A DNA stretch of 64,000 nucleotides, taken from the IMG/VR virus record IMGVR_UViG_3300012347_000391, positions 1 through 64,000 of that record; one strand, written 5' to 3'. The translations under genes and the position numbers were made by a program. The DNA comes from a virus. The notes beneath the pieces were generated by a model. It had not been told where the DNA came from, did no database searches, and was given only the letters and a program-made list of their open reading frames with translations. Of the stretch, positions 39,501 to 46,682 are shown one piece after another. Within the stretch, counting starts at the first letter, position 1, and every line of letters begins with the position of its first letter.

Positions 39501-42041
39501 TAATCTATCTGTTAATATCTCTGGAAAATCTTCTTTTAAAGATATTATTCCAATTTTATTATCAGAGCTAATGTTATACATAATACTTGTACCTTCTTCA
39601 TTGCTTCTGTTTTCTAAAGCATTAAGATAAAAGTTTTCTTCTATATCATCAATCTTATTTATATTAAAACCTACTTTAGATATAAAGTTAGTATAGTTAT
39701 CTCTAACAATAACTTTTAAACACCAACCATCATATCCTAAAGAGTCAGGATTACCATCTGCACTTTGACCATCACTATTATTTCCTTTATGAATCTTAGC
39801 ATCAAAACCACTACCATCTAAAACATCATTATATCTTATTCTACTTTTAGCTGTACTAGCTATAGTAAAATTACCTTCTTGTCTTAAGTAATCAAAGTTT
39901 ACATATTGTTTATCATTAAACTTATGTTCAGGATGTATTAAAGCTAGAACTCTTGTATTAATTTTAGCATCTGCTACTTCAGGATTTAATAATCCATGAG
40001 CTGTATATTTACTATTTTTTATTGTAGGAACAAGTACTCCTGAATCAAGAATAGTCTTTTCATTCTCGGTTCTCTCATTTCTTACTATATAGTATCCTAC
40101 AATTTTTTCTCCATTTGTTTCTGTAATTGGAGGTAAGTCTATGCCTGAAAACTTTATACCTAGTATTTGACTACTATATATTTTAGTTTCAGAAGTAGCA
40201 ACCTCTTCAACTACATCTACAGTATAAGTTGCTCCCTTTGGAGAAGCTACTCCATCTGCTACTGGAACAAAAGTTAAACCATCTACAGTTTCTCCTATGC
40301 TTACTATTACTATAGCAGAAGAAGTATATAGATTAGAAAACACTTCTCCGTTAACAGGATTAGAAAATGTAGCAGGGTCCATTAAGTAATCTAAGCTTTC
40401 TGTTACTCCATCTACAGTAAAAGTAACTCTAACAGAAAATACAGGAGCACAAAGCGTCAACTCTCCTGTACCAACATCTACAGGACAATCTTCAGGTAAA
40501 TCTATAGTACCTCCTAAAGTAAGTCTAACTTTATAATAAGTAATTGAATTTTCTCCTGATGAAGACTCTTCTTCAAATAATGGAATACCTAATTCTGCTC
40601 TACTAGGAAATCTATGATGTCTTACAAATTGTCCATCTAAAGAAACTCCTTCAGAATCTTTACCCCAAAAGATATTATTACTACAAGAATCATTATCTAT
40701 ATACTTATTATTAATACTAGTGTTATTAGTATTATTCATAGGTCTTATATTAGGCCCTGTAGCAAAAGTTGTACTTGGAGCTATAGAGTTATTTTTTCCC
40801 GGTATATGACAAACAGGACTTATAAAACCATCATCAAATATATAAACAATACCATAAGATATAATCTCTCCCGGCATTTCTCCTAAACCTCCTGTAAGCA
40901 TATCTCCAAACTGCATTGTTGGATTTTTACTATTTCTAGGGTCTAGGGTTTGATTAAGAATGACTTTTTTTAATTCAACATCTGCTTTAATTCTACTAGC
41001 ATATTTTTGTAAGTTACATAAGTTAGCTTTTTTACCTTGCACATTATGTAAGGTAAGAGTATTTTCAATTTGTTCAATAACTCTTACTCTTGATATATAT
41101 GTATTAAAAAAGGCTATCTCTTCTAATGTACCTTCACTAACAAAATTTTCTCCTGTATATATAAAGAAATTTTTAGATATAGGAATAAGTTCAGTATATT
41201 TTACACTATTAACTTTTCCTGTTCCTACATTAGCTTCCATAAAAGCAAGTCTATAAAAAGGAAAACTAGTATCTAAATTATTTAAAACAACTCTAATACT
41301 TTTATTTGTTGGAGGAAAATTTAAATAATCTATATCTGAATTAATACTTCCTTTTATTTTTAAGAAACTATCAGATATAGAATCATTATATACATGTACT
41401 ACTTGAGAAGTTGTTATCCATTCTGTAGGATTCAATCCTTCATCTACATATTCAACAGCTACATTAATAGACCCCGGTTCTAATAGTCCTCCTGTATTAA
41501 GAACTTGTATAGTAGAAAAATCAGGAATGTTATTATATTCTTTTATTAATAAAAATTTACCAATATCCCAAGTATCATCTTCTGCTTTAAACTCGTAAGG
41601 CTTACTAATATTAAAATATTTCATTTTAGTATTATCATCTGTAAAGTATATACAAATTTCACAACCTAATCTAAGTCTAAAAATACCTTGTACTTGATGT
41701 GCTACACTAAGACCTAATTTAGCTGCTTGTAAAGAATCATCAAATAGTATATTTAAATTACATTCTCTATCTAACAAGGCTATAATAGAGTTTCCTTCTT
41801 CACTAGCAAAAAATTGAACAGTATTTTCATTACCTACATATATATTTCCAATAGGAATAAAACCTATTGGTATAGGATAGCAAGGTTCATTACTTTCTTC
41901 AGTTATTCTATTACCTGAATCTCCTTCATCAGTTTCATTAACTAAATTAAGACCAAACCTAATTGTATTTTGAGGTTGGTCTATAGGAGAAGTATCAGTA
42001 ACTAATGCTCCAGCTTTTATGATATTTTTTTTATCTTCCAT
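36531..42041 (-). CDS. Large tail/virion protein (1836 aa) with a central Gly/Ala-rich hydrophobic cluster
   Basis: Long ORF. Hydrophobic run VAGGLLIVVGAVLAFFTAGASLIVVSAGVSLLGAGALFLSSG (nt about 39170-39310). No enzymatic motif recognised. Confidence 0.5.
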   Translation of the reverse strand: MEDKKNIIKAGALVTDTSPIDQPQNTIRFGLNLVNETDEGDSGNRITEESNEPCYPIPIGFIPIGNIYVGNENTVQFFASEEGNSIIALLDRECNLNILFDDSLQAAKLGLSVAHQVQGIFRLRLGCEICIYFTDDNTKMKYFNISKPYEFKAEDDTWDIGKFLLIKEYNNIPDFSTIQVLNTGGLLEPGSINVAVEYVDEGLNPTEWITTSQVVHVYNDSISDSFLKIKGSINSDIDYLNFPPTNKSIRVVLNNLDTSFPFYRLAFMEANVGTGKVNSVKYTELIPISKNFFIYTGENFVSEGTLEEIAFFNTYISRVRVIEQIENTLTLHNVQGKKANLCNLQKYASRIKADVELKKVILNQTLDPRNSKNPTMQFGDMLTGGLGEMPGEIISYGIVYIFDDGFISPVCHIPGKNNSIAPSTTFATGPNIRPMNNTNNTSINNKYIDNDSCSNNIFWGKDSEGVSLDGQFVRHHRFPSRAELGIPLFEEESSSGENSITYYKVRLTLGGTIDLPEDCPVDVGTGELTLCAPVFSVRVTFTVDGVTESLDYLMDPATFSNPVNGEVFSNLYTSSAIVIVSIGETVDGLTFVPVADGVASPKGATYTVDVVEEVATSETKIYSSQILGIKFSGIDLPPITETNGEKIVGYYIVRNERTENEKTILDSGVLVPTIKNSKYTAHGLLNPEVADAKINTRVLALIHPEHKFNDKQYVNFDYLRQEGNFTIASTAKSRIRYNDVLDGSGFDAKIHKGNNSDGQSADGNPDSLGYDGWCLKVIVRDNYTNFISKVGFNINKIDDIEENFYLNALENRSNEEGTSIMYNISSDNKIGIISLKEDFPEILTDRLPYVIIGREVADSYSNYRLLPYFKCSINVETASSATVFSGDSYIAPVRYCNTIFLENKVANRAGRTSAWNYVAGGLLIVVGAVLAFFTAGASLIVVSAGVSLLGAGALFLSSGIKLDAMVKAYEEDYNKGLRETTLDDWVKAEYRGANDGPSDDEIQWIGDTITDLWFETAVNIPLRNGMTSNMPTFLSSPGVQESGTNSPESMREYFGKHYFNTISRYPTSKIEYHFANKLLSYDSSRNDNRLYIGAALGEYYNVNPDYQRYNKEKYFYHLALEYDCCSECQEDFPHRIHWSQQSFQEELTDNFRVFLPNNYRDIEGETGEITDAFRYGDRLYVHTEEALWYLPNNNQERVTGDIISFIGTGNLFSIPPKKILDDKFNSAGNLHRWAKIKSKNGIFFPSYRDKKWYMFDGQSLKPISDMGNYTFFKENMNFKVLDKYYLDNLKLYPYYNNPSNPIGVGFLSVYDTKKERLIITKKDYVINNIIDEEGYELCNQGGDTIIFRDIEETIFNKVNDGFTYLGIENCRLKFSKIDYEIVSETRYVKQSIFKDADFLVFKYNFNSVTGGTDLDTRTKLLVPTIIGPMGYSGTNTPNLYLYWSGDNTGTGLESVYIDVKKIKEDFPLATSIVFSAAAWWYVLNPSGGIMNMDAESYKGGTMSLVGFLFTNTGGVLRGTYSFEDKVIPEGPTGPAGVPEGAANPIGNFTYTFANGDLSWDGASGGSTPPEEIIVEVIVDVEVPVTIYEYIDGEALELERYDTGWTMSYSLKDALWLSWHSYIPDYYFYVQEKFYSWKNGLASLYRHNMKGSYLVFYGTANSFVIEIVDNMGAAQTKITEHILFNTEAKQFDNNAEDFLDKENITFNKLLVYNSKQTSGELSLVTKTLDENYLIEQTTNEAGSVIVERTEKDWRVNELRDIRIDNTIPMFRKDISSLQAKYYIDKIVNPLSIDYDKNWMEMESFRDKYLVIRLTFDNFTDIKLISNFISQNKNVSER

Positions 42042-42044
42042 TTT

Positions 42045-43013
42045 TTAGTAGACACCTCTAGCAAATTTTCTAGATAATGTATCATTAGGGTTATTAAAAG
42101 GTCTATCTTCTACTGTACCTAATTTACCAAAGAAATTGTCATATCTTTTTCTTCTAGGTATTAAATAATTACTTTCATTTTTTAAACTCTCTAATTCATC
42201 TGTTGTAGAGGGCATCTTAGTCTTAGCTTTAAATTGTTTAATGTATTTAAGCCAATGTTTTTCTGCATCATTAGATAACCTTTCTGCACCTTCTCTATGA
42301 TTATACATTTCTCTTTGCTTAAATTTCCAAGCAAGATAATATGTAATAGCAGCTTTAGCAGATTCATCATCAGGTACCATTGGATAACCTGTCTCTGGGT
42401 CTGTCATTTGTCTAAGATAAGCTAAAGCAATAAAACCCTCTTTAAAACTAAATCTTAATTGGTCTTGTACTATAGTATATTCATCTTGACAACTAGAGTA
42501 AAGACCTTCCATACCTTCAACTGTACAAACTAAACTGTTAAAAAAGGAATTATTAGATAGTCTTACCGGAGTGTATTGTCCTTTAGAATATATATTAGTG
42601 GCCCAATTTGTATATTCATATTGTAAATCAAAAAAAGGTCTGTAATAAGCAACTTCATAATCTCCTACAATAGCACCATTACAATCTACAAGGATAGGGG
42701 TTTTAACACATTCTACTGTAGATTGTAAAGATTCCATAATAGCTTCAGGACTACACACTTCTTTATCTTCAGGAGTCCATTGATTGTTACGAGCTATTTG
42801 AATAACATAATGTAAACCATTAGGTATATCACATTGATAATTCTTAACTTCTATGTAAGCTATAGCTTCTTCAGATTGTCCATGCATTTTTGCAAAGCCT
42901 AATGCTTCTCCTATCCATTCAATAGCATCTCCCTCGTTAATACCAAGACCTCTAAAGTCTCTATGATATTTAGCAAGTATGCTATCTAAAGGTATGAATT
43001 GATATTTTGCCAT
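42045..43013 (-). CDS. Hypothetical virion-module protein (322 aa)
   Basis: Tightly packed co-oriented ORF. No motif recognised. Confidence 0.55.
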   Translation of the reverse strand: MAKYQFIPLDSILAKYHRDFRGLGINEGDAIEWIGEALGFAKMHGQSEEAIAYIEVKNYQCDIPNGLHYVIQIARNNQWTPEDKEVCSPEAIMESLQSTVECVKTPILVDCNGAIVGDYEVAYYRPFFDLQYEYTNWATNIYSKGQYTPVRLSNNSFFNSLVCTVEGMEGLYSSCQDEYTIVQDQLRFSFKEGFIALAYLRQMTDPETGYPMVPDDESAKAAITYYLAWKFKQREMYNHREGAERLSNDAEKHWLKYIKQFKAKTKMPSTTDELESLKNESNYLIPRRKRYDNFFGKLGTVEDRPFNNPNDTLSRKFARGVY

Positions 43014-43015
43014 AA

Positions 43016-43285
43016 TTAAAAGTTATCTGCTAGATTAACATCTTTAGGTGTTTTTAAAGTAATAGGATTTTCTTTTGAATACCATTTTTTATCAAAATAT
43101 TCATATTGATTTTCTCCTTCTGCATTACGCCATTTTATTTCATAAGTATTACAGATTAGAAAACCATTTTCTATCTCTTCTACTCTCATTCTTTTTTCAT
43201 TGTTAATAATTTCTCCACCTTGAGGTAGAACAAATTTTTTACCTTTGGTACTAACAATGCTCTCTACTTTAAGATTATCACCCAT
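43016..43285 (-). CDS. Hypothetical small protein
   Basis: Overlaps the upstream gene by 8 nt. Confidence 0.5.
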   Translation of the reverse strand: MGDNLKVESIVSTKGKKFVLPQGGEIINNEKRMRVEEIENGFLICNTYEIKWRNAEGENQYEYFDKKWYSKENPITLKTPKDVNLADNF

Positions 43286-43766
43286 TGTAATTTGATTTTT
43301 TTATTAGATATTCCTTTCCTGCTTTTATAGCTTGTGAAATAACTCTCTTAGGAGTTCTAGCTATTCTTAATGAATACAATCTTTTATTTTCTATTAGTAT
43401 ATTTCTCTTAGACCAATGTACTCTATAGATTACTCCACTACTTTCTTCATTTAAATGATAAATAACTTTTCTTTCTGCTTTAGCTTGTTCATCTTTTTGC
43501 CATAAAGCTTTTGTTCTTACCCAATCAGGAGGAAGCATTCTTAAACCTGTTTCAGGATTGATTTTAATAGTTCCTCTCCTTCCTAATATTTCTAATGAAC
43601 CAAATTTTGCAGGTAATACTACCTCATGTCCTTCAGTAACTTGTTCCATTATAAACTGCATATAACCATTAGCAATTAATAAGTATGTTTTACTATCTTT
43701 TGGTTTATCTGTATTCTCTTTATAAAAAGGATAAGAAGTTCTAATAGTTCTTTCAGTTTTTATCAT
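43278..43766 (-). CDS. IHF/HU-like DNA-bending protein
   Basis: GHEVVLPAKFGSLEILGRRGTIKINPETG fits the HU/IHF arm pattern G..V.L..FG.F.....R.....NP.TG. An IHF-like gene is a conserved marker of crAss-like structural arms. Confidence 0.55.
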   Translation of the reverse strand: MIKTERTIRTSYPFYKENTDKPKDSKTYLLIANGYMQFIMEQVTEGHEVVLPAKFGSLEILGRRGTIKINPETGLRMLPPDWVRTKALWQKDEQAKAERKVIYHLNEESSGVIYRVHWSKRNILIENKRLYSLRIARTPKRVISQAIKAGKEYLIKKSNYNG

Positions 43767-44461
43767 TACTTACTTGTTTCTTGTTGACTATCTTTATTAT
43801 TATTAGTTTGGTCTTCTATTGCAGTTTTAAAATCTTGTATTAAACTCTCCTTAGTCATTTCTACTAAAGCATCTATCATGTCTCCATCAATAGGAAATTC
43901 TGTATCCATTATATCTATACAACTATCACAATCTGTACAAGGACAAAAATTAGGAAAAACTAGAGCTTCTAACGGATTCTCAGGAAGATACTTTATCTTT
44001 ATAACTCCCGGAGATTTCTTAGGAAAGTATAAATAACCTTTTTCTAATAAATACTTCATCTTCTTTGAAGTAAATTTATTACCTTTACTATATAAAACTT
44101 CTTCCCTAGAAGTTTCATCAATCAACATTCCACTATCTATACTCATAACGAAAGAGATTAGATGGGAATTTAGGTCTGTCAAAGCTTTTGGTAATTGATA
44201 TTTTGTTCTGTAGATACTACAATTAATATCAGGTAAACAAGGACATTCATGAGAAGGTACTTCAATAACTTCTACACAAGGAAGTACTACATAATTCCAA
44301 TCACTTATTTTTTGATGTTTTCTTATCTGTTGAGTAATAAGTCTTTGTCTTACTGTCAATAATTTAGTATAGACAAGTTGGTCTTCTAATCTAGTGTTAT
44401 CACTTTTTACACCTTTATTATATGCTACAGCAACTAGGCCTATTATTTCAGCAGTCTTCAT
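43766..44461 (-). CDS. Cys-rich hypothetical protein
   Basis: Two Cys clusters: PCVEVIEVPSHECPCLPDINC and FCPCTDCDSCID. Confidence 0.55.
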   Translation of the reverse strand: MKTAEIIGLVAVAYNKGVKSDNTRLEDQLVYTKLLTVRQRLITQQIRKHQKISDWNYVVLPCVEVIEVPSHECPCLPDINCSIYRTKYQLPKALTDLNSHLISFVMSIDSGMLIDETSREEVLYSKGNKFTSKKMKYLLEKGYLYFPKKSPGVIKIKYLPENPLEALVFPNFCPCTDCDSCIDIMDTEFPIDGDMIDALVEMTKESLIQDFKTAIEDQTNNNKDSQQETSK

Positions 44462-45167
44462 ATTTAATTTTTAAGAAATTTTTTAATTGTGGAGTATAAT
44501 CTTTTGTATCCCACATAACATACTCTCCTTCTAAAGTTAAATAAATTACTTTTCTTTCTTTAACAATGATACCTAGTTGTTCTAAAAGTATTTGATAAAA
44601 AGAAAGCTGTACTTGATAATGATTTAAAGGACAATCTAATAAATGATTAAAAGGAGGTAACATTCTTTGTCCTTGAAAATTCTTATGTAAATCTTTATTA
44701 GTTTTATAATCTGCAATTATGTAATGATTATTAATAGTATCATATAAAAGTAAATCCATTGTTCCGGGAAACATATAACTCTTATGATACATTTTAATCT
44801 CTAAACCTACTAGTATAATATGTTTAGGTAATTCATCCCAAAATTTTTTAACTGCCATCTCTTGAGGACAACTTGGAACTAGTGTTTTATTTAAAGGATA
44901 CCTTTCTCCAAATAAATGTACTCTACTACCTCTATCTGTAGACTCTTCATTAATCTCTTTCCATTCTTTAAGAATATCTTCTTTACTTCTTCCTGTTTTA
45001 GCCATTGTTCTTTTAACAGCCTCTTCTTCTGGAAAAGGGAGATAAAAGCTTTTGATTAATCCTGAAACAGAACCTTTAAGTTTTTTATCTCCCAATGTAT
45101 AAGTATGACTAGCCTCATCTAAAACTAGACCTCTAAAAGCATCATCTATATTTTTTCTAATTTCCAT
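44448..45167 (-). CDS. RecB/Cas4-like PD-(D/E)XK nuclease
   Basis: Ordered motifs SHTY, GSRVH, GTMDLLLYD, IIADYKT and QLSFYQ (QxxxY). Confidence 0.65.
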   Translation of the reverse strand: MEIRKNIDDAFRGLVLDEASHTYTLGDKKLKGSVSGLIKSFYLPFPEEEAVKRTMAKTGRSKEDILKEWKEINEESTDRGSRVHLFGERYPLNKTLVPSCPQEMAVKKFWDELPKHIILVGLEIKMYHKSYMFPGTMDLLLYDTINNHYIIADYKTNKDLHKNFQGQRMLPPFNHLLDCPLNHYQVQLSFYQILLEQLGIIVKERKVIYLTLEGEYVMWDTKDYTPQLKNFLKIKYEDC

Positions 45168-45192
45168 AATACAAATATATGGAAAATATCTA

Positions 45193-45762
45193 TTAATCTG
45201 TAATATCGTTTTTAATTTCTTTAGCTTTATTGAAAGCTTTAGTAAAAGTTTTTACAATATCAAAACCGGCTCTAGGTAAATTTTCCATAAAGATAGACCA
45301 TGCTTCAATAGCAATACAGAAACCTACAGATAAAGTACTGAAGGTATAAGCAACTTCAGATATACTTTCAAAATTAAAAGGTTTAATAGAGGCTATTTTT
45401 TCTAAAGCATAACTAAGAGTAACTAGCAAAAGATATACAATAGCTTTTACAGCAGATTTTCTTAGCTTTTCACTATCTACAGTTTCTTTAAATATACCTA
45501 TTTTAACTTTTATACTAATAGTTCCTACTGCTAACCCTGCTTTTTTCTTAGTTTCTATATAAGAAGCATAAATTCCAGTTAGAAAATCTATTATAAATAC
45601 TGCAAGTAAAAGAACAAGAGATTGTTGAAACATAGTAAGACTTAAAAATACAGTTAGATAAACAGTTAAAGGTAATACATACATTGGTTTATTTATAAAT
45701 AAACCTTTAAAAGTTAAAATATCAATAAAATATTTAAAAAGTAATGAAGATAGGTAGTTCAT
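45193..45762 (-). CDS. Multi-pass membrane protein, holin-like (Phage_holin_4_1 / LL-H type pattern)
   Basis: Several hydrophobic helices. IIDFLTGIYASY and IEAWSIFMENLPRAGF resemble the D..TG and E..SI.EN...G motifs of that holin family. Confidence 0.5.
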   Translation of the reverse strand: MNYLSSLLFKYFIDILTFKGLFINKPMYVLPLTVYLTVFLSLTMFQQSLVLLLAVFIIDFLTGIYASYIETKKKAGLAVGTISIKVKIGIFKETVDSEKLRKSAVKAIVYLLLVTLSYALEKIASIKPFNFESISEVAYTFSTLSVGFCIAIEAWSIFMENLPRAGFDIVKTFTKAFNKAKEIKNDITD

Positions 45763-45902
45763 TTTTAATAAGATTAAAGGGTTTAAATAATTAATTAGCT
45801 AAAAAGTGAATTAAAATTTTTATATGTGTTATTTTATATATACATTTGTAATGCGAGAATGAACTCGAATATTAAATAACAAGCAAATGCTAAACTCTAT
45901 CT

Positions 45903-45934
45903 AAAAAGTCCATCCTATCTCGATGGACTTTTTT
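45903..45934. terminator. Rho-independent terminator (bidirectional shape) after the fibre/small-gene operon
   Basis: Stem AAAAAGTCCATC (45903-45914) / GATGGACTTTTT (45922-45933), with a 7-bp G/C-containing core and a 7-nt loop. A/T runs flank both sides. It lies 14 nt downstream of the 83-aa gene stop. Confidence 0.7.
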
Positions 45935-45947
45935 AATTTTTAACAGA

Positions 45948-46199
45948 TTATTTTTCTCCTTTTAATAAGGTTTTTTTATTATCTACAATAGCTTGTAGTT
46001 TATCAACATTTTGAGTTGGTAAAGCTTTCTTCAAACTTACAATTCCATAAAGAAGAAAAGCTGCTTTTATATAATTAACCCAAACATCAGGTACTTTAAT
46101 CATTTCTAATAGAGGATTAATTACATCAAATCCACTATCTAGGATAACTAGACCTACACTTAAAGCGGTAAACCACCAATTTTTTAATACATTTTTCAT
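45948..46199 (-). CDS. Small two-helix membrane protein (class II holin/antiholin-like)
   Basis: 83 aa with two hydrophobic segments (WWFTALSVGLVILDSGF and AAFLLYGIVSL) and a charged C-terminus. Confidence 0.4.
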   Translation of the reverse strand: MKNVLKNWWFTALSVGLVILDSGFDVINPLLEMIKVPDVWVNYIKAAFLLYGIVSLKKALPTQNVDKLQAIVDNKKTLLKGEK

Positions 46200-46206
46200 A
46201 TTTATT

Positions 46207-46422
46207 TTATTTAATTGTTACAAATTGTTCAGAACTTAAAAAACCTTGTTTAAAATCATACTTTCTCATTTCAGCTATCATTTCTCTATCTTCATCAGTA
46301 AATCTCTCATTCAAAAAATACTTTGTTATTTTTAAATCAAACCTTCTTTTTATTAAAGATTCTTCTTGTTCAAAAACAACAAGTTCTCTTTTTCCTTTTA
46401 TTATTTTAAAGTCTGTCATCAT
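46207..46422 (-). CDS. Hypothetical small protein
   Basis: Start overlaps the upstream stop by 4 nt (ATGA). Confidence 0.45.
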   Translation of the reverse strand: MMTDFKIIKGKRELVVFEQEESLIKRRFDLKITKYFLNERFTDEDREMIAEMRKYDFKQGFLSSEQFVTIK

Positions 46423-46682
46423 CCAAATAGTTTTTGTAGTGATTCAATGAATTTCTGCCAAATAGTCTTTTTTTTAACTACTGGTTTTGGTTGCACTATT
46501 GGAACTTCAAATATAGGTGTTCCTAAATTAACTTCCACAATTGTATCAAAAGTTTGCATAGATGGAAATACCTCGCCAAATGTTTCAGAAGTATTACCTC
46601 CTGAAACAATGTTTTGTTGAGAAAACATAATTGTTGTAAACAATAATAATACTATAGTTTTCATATTAAAAGTTGTTTTCAA
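46419..46682 (-). CDS. Small exported protein (signal peptide)
   Basis: N-terminus MKTTFNMKTIVLLLFTTIMFS followed by QQ. Start overlaps the fibre gene stop by 17 nt. Confidence 0.5.
   Translation of the reverse strand: MKTTFNMKTIVLLLFTTIMFSQQNIVSGGNTSETFGEVFPSMQTFDTIVEVNLGTPIFEVPIVQPKPVVKKKTIWQKFIESLQKLFG

Noticed and set aside
40960-41256. 98-aa plus-strand ORF inside the 1836-aa gene
   Set aside because: An antisense shadow ORF.
46366-46620. 84-aa plus-strand ORF across the 71-aa and 87-aa genes
   Set aside because: It is antisense to two translationally coupled minus-strand genes and has no supporting signal.
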